From Anaerolineae bacterium (GTDB lineage Bacteria; Chloroflexota; Anaerolineae; Anaerolineales; Anaerolineaceae), in NCBI GenBank assembly GCA_013314735.1, contig JABUFD010000008.1, positions 1 through 64,000 on the forward strand: a stretch of DNA of 64,000 nt, given 5' to 3'. The translations under genes were made by a program, and so were the position numbers. The notes below the pieces were generated by a model. The model ran no database searches and was not told where the DNA came from. It saw only the letters and a program-made list of their open reading frames with translations. The stretch's first letter is position 1, and each line of letters begins with the position of its first letter. Positions 54,565 through 63,445 of the stretch are shown here, piece by piece.

Positions 54565-55914
54565 ATGACCATGACCCAACCCCAACCCCCCATCGCATTG
54601 CCCGGCGGCCTGGTGCTGCGCTTCGCCCGCCCGGACGATATGGAACGCATCGCCGATTTCAACCGCGCCCTCCATCCTGATCCCGGCGAACCGGAGCGCA
54701 TCGGCGCGATGCTCTATGCCTGGACGATGGACCTCGGCAACGGAAAGCACCCCACCACGGCCGCGGAACATTTCACCCTGGTGGAAGACCCCGCCGCCGG
54801 CGGCAAACTGGTATCCACCATGTGCGTCATCCCGCAAACGTGGGTGTACGAAGGCATCCCCTACGGCATGGGGCGCATCGAACTGGTCGGCACCGACCCG
54901 GACTACCGCAACCGCGGCCTGATCCGCGCCCAGTTTGAACAACTGCACGCCTGGTGCGCCGCGCATGATGCCCCGGTGCAGGGCATCACCGGCATCCCCT
55001 ACTTTTACCGCCAGTTCGGTTACGAAATGACCCTCAACCTGGGCGGGGCACGCTCCGGCAGCGAATTGACCCTGCCCCTCAAGCACGAGGGCGACGAGCC
55101 GTACCGTTTCCGTGCCGCCACCTTGGAAGATATCCCCTTGCTGATGCAGCTGGAGCGCGAGGCCGCGCGCCGCGCCGTCACCACCGTCCAGCGCGATGCC
55201 GCCCAATGGCGCTACGAACTGCTGGAACGCTCACCGGACAACATCTACGCCCGTACCATCGCCATCATCGAGGATACCGCCGGGGAACGGATCGGGTTCC
55301 TGGTACACCCACCGGAATTATGGGGCAGCGCGATGGGTTTAAACCGGATGGAATTGCTGGCGGGCGTCAACTGGGGCGCGGTGCTTCCCACGGTGATCCG
55401 CCACCTGTGGCAGCTGGGCCAGGGGTTTGCGGCCCAGGCCGGCGGCGATGCCGCCTGCAAAAGCGTGCGATTCAGCTTCGGCGGCGCCCATCCCGCCTAC
55501 CCGCTGGTGGAACAATGGCTGCCCACCTTCAACGCGCCCTACTGCTGGTACCTGCGCGTGGCGGATGTGCCGGCCTTCCTGCGGCAGATTGCCCCCGCGC
55601 TGGAAGCACGCCTGGCGGCCTCGGTGCATGCCGGGTACAGCGGGGAGATCAAAGTTAACATGTACACAGGCGGCCTGCGCCTGCGCTTCGAAGGTGGTAC
55701 AATGGTGGAGTCAGCCCCCTGGCGGCCCACACGGGAAGACAACGGGCAGGCGCGCTTCCCCGCGCATACCTTCCTGCATCTCCTGTTCGGGCACCGCACC
55801 AGCGATGAGATCAACCACCTCTACGCCGATGCCGGGGTTGATACCGGTCACAAGGATTTGCTGACGACCCTGTTCCCGAAGAAGATCGGTGAAGACACCT
55901 GGGCGCTGGCATAA
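54565..55914 (+). CDS. GNAT-fold acetyltransferase, Eis-like multi-domain architecture (tentative)
   Basis: N-terminal GNAT (LRFARPDDMERIADF..; GIPYFYRQFGYE), ~450 aa total as in Eis-type enzymes. GAAGGAG RBS before ATG 54565. Confidence 0.55.
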   Translation: MTMTQPQPPIALPGGLVLRFARPDDMERIADFNRALHPDPGEPERIGAMLYAWTMDLGNGKHPTTAAEHFTLVEDPAAGGKLVSTMCVIPQTWVYEGIPYGMGRIELVGTDPDYRNRGLIRAQFEQLHAWCAAHDAPVQGITGIPYFYRQFGYEMTLNLGGARSGSELTLPLKHEGDEPYRFRAATLEDIPLLMQLEREAARRAVTTVQRDAAQWRYELLERSPDNIYARTIAIIEDTAGERIGFLVHPPELWGSAMGLNRMELLAGVNWGAVLPTVIRHLWQLGQGFAAQAGGDAACKSVRFSFGGAHPAYPLVEQWLPTFNAPYCWYLRVADVPAFLRQIAPALEARLAASVHAGYSGEIKVNMYTGGLRLRFEGGTMVESAPWRPTREDNGQARFPAHTFLHLLFGHRTSDEINHLYADAGVDTGHKDLLTTLFPKKIGEDTWALA

Positions 55915-55952
55915 CAGGCAGTTCCATCCCCATCAGAAAAGGTTTGTATTCC

Positions 55953-56120
55953 ATGGCAACCAAAGTAAAAGGCAAAATCAGCAAAACCAGCAAAACCAAT
56001 GCCGCTGCGCAGAACAAGAAAACCGCCGCCGACCACAAGCGGCGCAGCACGCAGATCATCTTTTTGGCGGTATCGGTCGTCATCATCCTGGCGATGGTGC
56101 TGTCGATGATCTCGTTCTAA
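55953..56120 (+). CDS. small (55-aa) basic single-TM protein
   Basis: MATKVKGKISKTSKTNAAAQNKKTAADHKRRSTQIIFLAVSVVIILAMVLSMISF; ends exactly where repeat array B begins. Below the ORF-track size cutoff. Confidence 0.4.
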   Translation: MATKVKGKISKTSKTNAAAQNKKTAADHKRRSTQIIFLAVSVVIILAMVLSMISF

Positions 56121-56880
56121 CCGGACCCGCTTCCCTCCCGCCGGGATGGTGAACGTTGGCAATCGTTGACGTTACACGCCTGAACCTCCATCCCGAAGGG
56201 AGGTCTCCATCCCGGAGGGAGGGACTTGCGCCGCTTGTGTTCGTAACCTCACCACCTCCCTCCGGGAGGGGATGGCGGGGGTATGTGGAAAAGGATGGTT
56301 CGGAACGTCAAAGGCACGCCGCGATGATGAACGTTGGGAATGGTGCATGGTACATTCCCGAACCTCCATCCCGGAGGGAGGGACTTGCGCCGCTTGTGTT
56401 CGTGACCTGACTGCCTCCCTCCGGGATGGGATGGCGGAAGTGAGTTTGATACGATTGGCCGGAACGTCAAAGGCACGTTTCGGTGGTGAACGTTAATCAT
56501 TGCCAAAGTTAACTACCCGAACCTCCATCCCGGAGGGAGGGACTTGCGCCACTTGTGTTCGTAACCTCACCACCTCCCTCCGGGATGGGATGGCGAAAGT
56601 ATGTTTTGAAATGCTTGGCCGGAACGTCAAAGATACGTTTCGGTAATGAACGTTAATCATTGCCAAAGTTAACTACCCGAACCTCCATCCCGGAGGGAGG
56701 TCTCCATCCCGGAGGGAGGGACTTGCGCCGCTTGTGTTCGTGACCTCACCACCTCCCTCCGGGATGGGATGGCGGAAGTGAGTTTGACACGGTTGGCCGG
56801 AACGCCAAAGGCACGCCGCGGTGGTTAACGGTGGCAATAGTTCATGTTACACTTCTGAACTTATGTCCAGCCGGAACGTC
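56121..56880. repeat. tandem array B of the H-family composite hairpin repeat (~4.5 units)
   Basis: Units start at 56183, 56360, 56519 and 56679. Arm variant ..gtaacctcaccacctccctccgggatgggatggcg; tail variant ggccggaacgtcaaaggcacg..gtgaacgttaatcattgccaaagttaactacccgaa. Confidence 0.85.
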
Positions 56881-56899
56881 AAAGGCGGCGGAACCGTCC

Positions 56900-57244
56900 T
56901 TACTCCGCCGAGAGGTGCACATCCGGTTCCCAGCGGAAGCGCGCCAGGTCGATCCGGCCGAAGGCATCAAATTCAACCCCTTCCGCCTCCAGCAGTTCAC
57001 GCTGGATGAACGAACCTTCCCCCCCGCCGTGCAGGCTGATCTCACCGCGCGCGTTGACCACGCGCTGCCACGGCACCGGCGCGGTATGCGGTTCACTGCG
57101 CAGGTGGTTGAGGGCATAGCCCACCTGGCGCGCGCCGCAGCCGCCGTGCATCTCGGCAATCTGCCCGTAATTGGCCACCTTCCCCGGCGGGATCAGGCGT
57201 ACCAGTTCATAAATTTCCTCGTACAACCCGGTTGCTTTTGCCAT
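56900..57244 (-). CDS. alkyltransferase-like (ATL) protein: MGMT-family DNA-binding domain lacking the active-site cysteine
   Basis: VYELVRLIPPGKVANYGQIA..GYAL.. HTH and PWQRVV in place of the PCHRV active site. Start overlaps the stop of the upstream nucleotidase gene. Confidence 0.7.
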   Translation of the reverse strand: MAKATGLYEEIYELVRLIPPGKVANYGQIAEMHGGCGARQVGYALNHLRSEPHTAPVPWQRVVNARGEISLHGGGEGSFIQRELLEAEGVEFDAFGRIDLARFRWEPDVHLSAE

Positions 57245-57789
57245 CAGGCACCTCCCAGCAGCACGTCCTCCCAGTTGGCCCACGTCAGGCGCCGCCATTG
57301 GCGCGCCTCGCGGTTGTAGGGCTGGTCATACAAAATATACTCCCAGGTGGGGGTGAATTTTCCCTTCAGTTCCGGGCGGTCATCCACCAGGAAATCGCCC
57401 CGCACCACGGTCTTGTCGGCGGTGATGATCACACGCCGCTGCCAGCCCTGCCCCAGGTGCTCGTGCACCCAGCGGTATTTGCAGCTGACGCACTGCGGGT
57501 AATTAAAGTAAGAGGAGGTGCACAGGAACACATCATGCCCCAACTCCACCATGCGGTGCAGCGCATCCACCGCGCCCGCGATCGGCGGCAACTGGCAGAA
57601 GAAATCGGGGTGGGCGATGACGGAGGTCACCTTTTTGGCATGCTCGGGGGGATAGTCACGCGTCTGGTAAAAATGGCGGCGCGCTTCACGCGGCACCGCC
57701 GGAATGTGCGGGTAACGTTCCTGCCAGATCTCGAGGAATCGCCCCTCGAAATCGGCAATGGTATTGTCCATGTCGACCAGAATAATCAT
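57244..57789 (-). CDS. HAD-superfamily 5'(3')-deoxyribonucleotidase
   Basis: MIILVDMDNTIADFEGRFLEIWQERYP with DxDxT motif I at the N-terminus; 181 aa. Confidence 0.7.
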   Translation of the reverse strand: MIILVDMDNTIADFEGRFLEIWQERYPHIPAVPREARRHFYQTRDYPPEHAKKVTSVIAHPDFFCQLPPIAGAVDALHRMVELGHDVFLCTSSYFNYPQCVSCKYRWVHEHLGQGWQRRVIITADKTVVRGDFLVDDRPELKGKFTPTWEYILYDQPYNREARQWRRLTWANWEDVLLGGA

Positions 57790-57923
57790 CGCTGCCGGAT
57801 GCCTCCACTTCGATTGCTTGATGAAATGGATTATACCGCATGAAACCGCCCCGGTGCTGCCAGGCGGCCGGGGCGGTATGTTTTGTGTCGAATGAAACGA
57901 TCTTGCCGGGTGACAGTTCGACC

Positions 57924-58026
57924 GTAATCGAAATTACAGCCAGTCTGTAATCGAAATTGCGGCTAGTCTGTAATCGAAATTGCGGCTAGTCCGCAATCGA
58001 AATTACAGCTAGTCTGTAATCGTGAT
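57924..58026. repeat. 4.5 tandem degenerate copies of the 23-bp 3' end (including stop codon) of the downstream lipoprotein gene
   Basis: gtaatcgaaattacagccagtct / gtaatcgaaattgcggctagtct / ..ctagtcc / gcaatcgaaattacagctagtct / gtaatcgtgat(gene end). Confidence 0.7.
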
Positions 58027-58929
58027 AACCGCCGAGGTTTTGCTGACCCCATCCGCCAGGTCGGTGGTCATCACCTTCACCACCCATTTCTGGCCCTTGA
58101 CGGCGCTGGCAGGGATCGTCATCGTCACCGAGGCAGCGCCGTTGCTGTCGGTAAGGCCATCGGCGGCCACACTGTAGGCTTTGCCCTCTTCACCCAGCAG
58201 GAAATCGATGTTGACGTTCTTGGGGAAGCCGGTAACGGTTACGATGAAGCTGTCGCCGGGCTTGAGGCTGGTGGAAGACAGGAGCACATTCACACCGGTG
58301 GGGGTGCTGGTGGCGGTGCGCACCACGATCGTGATCGCGGCGGATCGGGCGCTGACGTTGGGTGACAATTCCGTGGTGGTCACTTCCACTTCCCAGGTTT
58401 CATCCTTCACCGCCCCGGCCGGCATGACCAGCGAGGTGGAATAGGCGCCGTTGCTGTCGGTCTTGCCGTCCTTCACCACACTGGGCGAAGCACCGCTCTT
58501 GCGCAGGTAGACATCAATATCGGCGCTGGCCGGGAAGCCGGCAACCGTCACCGTGAAGCTCTCGCCGGCGGCCAGGCTGGTGGAAGATACACTCACGCCC
58601 ACAGTGGGGGTGGCGGTATAGTACACCAGGATCTGCTGGGTGGCGGTGGCAGTGGGGGTTTTGGTCGGCCCCTCGGTGGGGGTGACCGTCGGCTGGGTGG
58701 TGGCGGTGGGTTCAGGGGTTTCCGTGGCGGTAGGCTCCAGGGTGGCGGTGGGCTGTGCCAGCGCGGTGCTGGTCAGGGCCGCCACCACGGTCTGCGCGGC
58801 GGAAGTGGCAATCTGGTTGGCGTCCAGGGTGGGCACGGCATCGGCTGCCGGGCCGCAGCTGCTGATCAGCAGCGCAAGCAGCGTTACCATGGCAAATACA
58901 CGGAACGCGGTTGAGGGAGTGGTTTTCAT
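58009..58929 (-). CDS. secreted lipoprotein with T/P-rich linker and two ~100-aa repeated beta-domains (..VTVTGFP.NV.ID..LG.EGKAYSV..DG.TDSNG.AS.TM.IPASAVKG.KWVVKV.T.. )
   Basis: Signal peptide with lipobox LLISSCG; TATEPTATETPEPTATTQPTVTPTEGPTKTPT linker; internal duplication; C-terminal VITITD. Confidence 0.65.
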   Translation of the reverse strand: MKTTPSTAFRVFAMVTLLALLISSCGPAADAVPTLDANQIATSAAQTVVAALTSTALAQPTATLEPTATETPEPTATTQPTVTPTEGPTKTPTATATQQILVYYTATPTVGVSVSSTSLAAGESFTVTVAGFPASADIDVYLRKSGASPSVVKDGKTDSNGAYSTSLVMPAGAVKDETWEVEVTTTELSPNVSARSAAITIVVRTATSTPTGVNVLLSSTSLKPGDSFIVTVTGFPKNVNIDFLLGEEGKAYSVAADGLTDSNGAASVTMTIPASAVKGQKWVVKVMTTDLADGVSKTSAVITITD

Positions 58930-59089
58930 GTGCATACAATACCTTCTTTTCGGTTTCAAGATCATATCAGCCAACATAGGATGATACACCCATTTGGCAT
59001 CCTGTGCGAGACTGGCTGGAGAATTGTACCCCGGGTGTAGGCCGCGCGCAGCCGTTGCGGTGCAGGCTGCGCGCGGTTTTCATGCTGGT

Positions 59090-59185
59090 GTGACGATGTT
59101 CGTTCTTCAGTCGCCAATCATCGTCATCAGTCGATGATCGGCATCGTTACTCGATGATCGTCATCAGTCAATGATCGTGATCAAG
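59090..59185. repeat. degenerate tandem copies of the 3' terminal ~20 bp of the adjacent paralog gene
   Basis: tcagtcgccaatcatcg / tcatcagtcgatgatcg / ttactcgatgatcg / tcatcagtcaatgatcgtgatcaa (gene end LITIID*). Confidence 0.6.
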
Positions 59186-60426
59186 GGAGAGGTTTTGACA
59201 ACCCCGCTGATCAACTCCGTGGTGCGCACGGTAACGAGCCATTTCTCGCCTTTCACCGCGCTGACCGGGATCGTCATCGTGATCGCTGCCGCGCCGGTGC
59301 TGTCGGTCTTGCCGTCCATCACCACGCTGTAGGCCTGGCCCTGCTTGCCCAGTTCAAAATCGATCTCGGCATTGGCCGGGAAGCCGCTCACCATCACGGT
59401 GAAGGTCGCACCCGCCCGCAGGCTGGTACCGGAAACCGTCACCAACCCGCCCGAGGCGCTCCCGCTCTCGGTGATCGTGATCACCGGCGAGGTCTTGCTG
59501 ACCTGCTCCACCAGGTCCTGGGTGAGGACCTTGACCACCCATTTTTCACCCTTGACGGCACTGGCGGGAATCACCATGGTGGCGGTGGCAATCCCGTTCT
59601 TGTCGGTCTTGCCGTCCAGCACCACGCTGTAGGCCTGGCCTTCCTTGCCCAGCTGGAAGTCAATTTCCGCTTCCTTCGGGTAACCGGTCACGGTGACGGT
59701 GAAGCTGTCGCCGGCCTTGAGGCTGGTGGAAGATACCACCACTTTCGCGCTGGCGCCGGGGTCCTTGATCGTGATCACGGTTGATACAGCGGAAACTTTG
59801 CTGGAGAGGTTGGTGGTATAGACTTCCACCACCCATTTCTCGCCCTTGGCGGCATTGGCGGGAATCACCAGCGCGGCGGAGGCTTTCCCCTGGCTGTCGG
59901 TTTTGCCGTCGAGGATCACGCTGGCGGAGGCGCCCTGTTTTTTCAGCACGATGTCAATCTCGGCATTGGCCGGGAAGCCGTAGGCAGAGGCGGTGAAGCC
60001 GTCACCGATCCCCAGGCTGGTACCGGACAACAGCACACCGATGGTGGGGGTGGCGGTGGGCAGCGGGGTATTGGTGGCGCTGGGGGTGAAGGTCAGCGTG
60101 GGGGTAAAGGTCAGGGTCGCGGTGGCAGTCGCGGTGGGCAGCAGGGTGGCCGTCGGCAGTTCGGTGGCGGTGGCGGTGGGCGCCAGGGTGGCCGTATCCT
60201 CCGCCGCGGGTGCCTGCGTACCGGTCGGCAGGATCACCACCGGCTGATCGGTCTGCGCCAGGATCGCTTCAATCGTCTGCGCCGCTGCCGTGGCAATCTG
60301 GTTGGGGTCCAGCGTGGCCTGCGCGGTTTCCTGCGGCTGACCGCAGCCGGCGAGCAGGAATACCGCCAGCACCAGCAGGATCAGCCCGGTGAGAATCGTT
60401 TTGCGTTTGAAATTCCTTGGTTCCAT
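59164..60426 (-). CDS. paralogous secreted lipoprotein with four copies of the same ~100-aa repeated domain
   Basis: Lipobox LLAGCG; T/P/A-rich linker; four repeats of ..TV.GFPANAEID..LGK.GQAYSVV.DGKTD..G.A..TM.IP.SAVKGEKW.V.V.T.. Confidence 0.65.
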   Translation of the reverse strand: MEPRNFKRKTILTGLILLVLAVFLLAGCGQPQETAQATLDPNQIATAAAQTIEAILAQTDQPVVILPTGTQAPAAEDTATLAPTATATELPTATLLPTATATATLTFTPTLTFTPSATNTPLPTATPTIGVLLSGTSLGIGDGFTASAYGFPANAEIDIVLKKQGASASVILDGKTDSQGKASAALVIPANAAKGEKWVVEVYTTNLSSKVSAVSTVITIKDPGASAKVVVSSTSLKAGDSFTVTVTGYPKEAEIDFQLGKEGQAYSVVLDGKTDKNGIATATMVIPASAVKGEKWVVKVLTQDLVEQVSKTSPVITITESGSASGGLVTVSGTSLRAGATFTVMVSGFPANAEIDFELGKQGQAYSVVMDGKTDSTGAAAITMTIPVSAVKGEKWLVTVRTTELISGVVKTSPLITIID

Positions 60427-60730
60427 TGTTTTCTTCCTTTTCGTTCCATGCGTTTACTGATTTTTAAAATTTTTCTCTCTCATATCATCATATTGCGAAT
60501 CGGCAGGGTTTACATTAAACGATTTTAACAATATGCGGGGCGGAAACCAGGGCAAGCCGCTGGTGCCTCCCACCATTAATACGTACTTCCCGCTGAAAAG
60601 GTTCCCGGAAACAGCGGGGAATTTCCTGCCAATCCTTTGATGTGCCGGGGACAGCGGCTTGCCCGTCCCGCGCCATGCGCGCATTCGCAACGCGCGGGCA
60701 AAACTGGTATAATTTGCGCTGAGGTACAAC

Positions 60731-61375
60731 ATGGAAATTCTCTGGTACGGACACTCCTGCTTTCGGTTCAGCGAAGACGGCTGCGCCACGGTCATCACCG
60801 ACCCCTACAACCACGCGGTGGTGGGGCATGCGCCGCTCAACGCCAAAGCGAATATTGTCACCATCAGCCACAATTCGCCGGGCCACAATGCGGTGGAGGC
60901 GGTGGGCGGCAAACCGTTTGTGATTGACGGCGCCGGGGAATACGAGCTGGGCGGGGTGTTCATCACCGGGGTGCAAACCAGCCTGAAAGCGCCCGGCGAA
61001 CGCAACACCCTGTTCGTGTTCCAGTATAACGACCTCACGATTGCCCACATGGGCGGGATCGAAAAACTCCCCAGCCAGGGCGACATCGAACAGATCGGGA
61101 GCATCAACGTGGCCCTGATCCCGGTCGGCGGCAGCAGCGGCTGGACCGCCAGCAAAGCCTCGGAACTGGTGACGATGCTGGAACCCGATTACGTGATCCC
61201 GATGCATTATGCCACCGATGACAGCAAGATCAGCCTGGAGCCGCTCCAGAAATTCTTAAAAGAAATGGGCATGGAATCCGCGCCAACCCAGCCATCGCTG
61301 GTACTGCGCAGTGATTCGCCGCCGTTGATGGAAGAAACCACCGTGATTGTGCTGCAATGCCAGCAAAAAGGATAA
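60731..61375 (+). CDS. MBL-fold metallo-hydrolase
   Basis: MEILWYGHSCFRF..DPY.. with HxHxDH-type context (ISHNSPGHN), 214 aa. TATAAT at 60701. Confidence 0.75.
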   Translation: MEILWYGHSCFRFSEDGCATVITDPYNHAVVGHAPLNAKANIVTISHNSPGHNAVEAVGGKPFVIDGAGEYELGGVFITGVQTSLKAPGERNTLFVFQYNDLTIAHMGGIEKLPSQGDIEQIGSINVALIPVGGSSGWTASKASELVTMLEPDYVIPMHYATDDSKISLEPLQKFLKEMGMESAPTQPSLVLRSDSPPLMEETTVIVLQCQQKG

Positions 61376-61378
61376 GCC

Positions 61379-61681
61379 ATGACCGCCAAATTGATCATGA
61401 CCTGGGATATTGTCCCGGAACGCGAACGCGAATATTTTGAATTTGTCATCCGGGAATTCCTGCCCGGTGTGCAGAAACTGGGCCTCGAACTGACCGATGC
61501 CTGGGCTACCGTCTACGGCGAGCAGCCGCAGATCCAGGTCGGCGCGGTATCCGATACCCTGGGTGAGGTCAACAAGGTACTCACCTCTGCGGAGTGGGAC
61601 GAGTTGAAGGACAAGCTGATGGAGTACGTGATCAACTACCACCAGAAGGTTGTCAACCTGCGCAAAGGGTTCCAGTTCTAG
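61379..61681 (+). CDS. hypothetical protein (100 aa)
   Basis: Follows the MBL gene after a 3-nt gap; no motifs recognised. Confidence 0.45.
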   Translation: MTAKLIMTWDIVPEREREYFEFVIREFLPGVQKLGLELTDAWATVYGEQPQIQVGAVSDTLGEVNKVLTSAEWDELKDKLMEYVINYHQKVVNLRKGFQF

Positions 61682-61700
61682 CGCCTGGCGGCAAAACCGG

Positions 61701-63434
61701 TCAGCGCTGCGCGGCGTTTGCGCTGCGGCGCAGGATGCTCTCAATCACCACGATCGCCGCGGCGCAGATCAGCAGCAGCAATACGGACATCGCCATTGAT
61801 GCGCCGTAGTTCAGGCTGCCGGGCTGTGACAAAAAGCGGAAAATGGCGGTGGGCATGGTGGGTGATTCCGGGCGGCTGAGGAAACTGGTGGCGCCGAATT
61901 CCCCCAGCGAGATGGTAAAGGCGAACACCCCCGCCGCCGCGCCCGCCCGCGCCAGGATCGGCAGGTCCACTTCGAGCCAGCGCCGCAGCGGGGAAGCCCC
62001 CAGCACGGCGGCGGAATCGCGCAGGTGGGCGGGGATGGCGCGCAGGGCGGGCTGCAGCGTACGCACCACCATCGGCAGCGCCACCAGGCTGTGGGCAATC
62101 GGCACCAGCAGCGGGAAACTGCGCGCATCCAGCGGCGGGGCGTTAAACAGCAGGATGAACCCCAGCCCGAGTGTGACCGGCGACAGCCCCAGCGGGAGCA
62201 TCACGGCGGTTTCCAGCACCGCCCCCAGCCGGCCGGGGCGCTCCAGCGCGTAGGCGATCAGCGTGCCCAGCCCGAGCGAGAACAGCACCGTCAGCAGCCC
62301 GTACACCAGCGAATTGCGGATGGCGGCCACAGGCGGGATGTGGAACAGCGAATCGCGGCGGTTGATGAACAGCTCGCGGTAGAATTCGAGGGTGAAGGAG
62401 GCCGGGCCGCCGCCGCGCGGCACCAGCAGCACCGATTTCAACACCAATGCCAGCAGCGGCAGCAGGATCAGCAGCACCAGCACGGCCAGCACCCCCCACA
62501 GCAGCAGGCGTTCGGCACGTGTGCGGGGGGCATGCGCCAGTTCATCCGAGAAGCGCGGCAGCAGCGGCACACGCCGCGTGCCCTGCACGCGCTGGTACAG
62601 CACGGTCAGCACCAGGGTGCAGGCCAGCTGCAGGGCCGAAAGCAGCGCCGCCAGCGGCAGGTTGAGCATGTGCAGCGCCTGGGTGTACACCTCCACTTCC
62701 AGCGTGGCAAACTGCGGACCGCCGAGGATCAGCACCACGCCGAAGGAGGCAAAATCGAACAGGAACACCAGCAGGGCGGCGGAGAGGATCGCCGGGCGCA
62801 GCAGCGGCAGGGTTACTTCGCGCAGGGTGCGCGCAGGCGAAGCCCCCAGCGCGCGCGCGGCATGTTCCAGGCGCGGATCGAGCTGCGACCAGGCCGCCCC
62901 CACCACGCGGATGATGATGGCGACATTGTAGAAGACATGCGCCGCCAGGATGGCGCCGAGGGTGTTCATGAACTGGATCGGCGGCTGGCTGAGGCCGAAC
63001 AGCGCCATCAGCAGCTGGTTGGCCCAGCCCCCCGGCCCCAGCAGCGCGCTGAAGGCGGAAGCCGCCACCACCGTGGGCAAAATAAAGGGCAGGGTGATCA
63101 GGATGTGCAGGGCGTGCTTGCCGGGGAAGCGCAGCCGCGCGAAGATCCAGGCCGCCGGCAGCCCCAGCGCCAGGGTGAGCACGGTGGAGAGCAGCGCCTG
63201 CCACAGGGTGAACCCCAGCACGCGCAGCAGGTAGCCCGCCGCGTCTGTCCGCCCCAGCCCGGCAGCGGAAAAGCCCTGCGCCATGCGCCCGAACACCGCC
63301 GCCAGCGGGGCGTAGAAGAACAGCGCCATGAACACCAGCGGCAGCAGCCACAGCACAAGCGCCGGCTGCGGTTTTAACGCCGCCCACCGGAAGGGCCGCC
63401 TTGCGGCCGCGGGGGGATTGTGGGAGGGCGTCAT
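61701..63434 (-). CDS. ABC transporter permease with two fused transmembrane domains (thiamine/Fe3+ ThiP/FbpB type)
   Basis: Twelve TM helices in two homologous halves, each with an EAA-like loop (..ARALGASP.RTLREVTLPLL.. / ..DSAAVLGASPLRRWLEVDLPIL..). The N-terminal 38 aa of the track ORF are rejected. Confidence 0.8.
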   Translation of the reverse strand: MTPSHNPPAAARRPFRWAALKPQPALVLWLLPLVFMALFFYAPLAAVFGRMAQGFSAAGLGRTDAAGYLLRVLGFTLWQALLSTVLTLALGLPAAWIFARLRFPGKHALHILITLPFILPTVVAASAFSALLGPGGWANQLLMALFGLSQPPIQFMNTLGAILAAHVFYNVAIIIRVVGAAWSQLDPRLEHAARALGASPARTLREVTLPLLRPAILSAALLVFLFDFASFGVVLILGGPQFATLEVEVYTQALHMLNLPLAALLSALQLACTLVLTVLYQRVQGTRRVPLLPRFSDELAHAPRTRAERLLLWGVLAVLVLLILLPLLALVLKSVLLVPRGGGPASFTLEFYRELFINRRDSLFHIPPVAAIRNSLVYGLLTVLFSLGLGTLIAYALERPGRLGAVLETAVMLPLGLSPVTLGLGFILLFNAPPLDARSFPLLVPIAHSLVALPMVVRTLQPALRAIPAHLRDSAAVLGASPLRRWLEVDLPILARAGAAAGVFAFTISLGEFGATSFLSRPESPTMPTAIFRFLSQPGSLNYGASMAMSVLLLLICAAAIVVIESILRRSANAAQR

Positions 63435-63445
63435 TGGCGGCTGCC

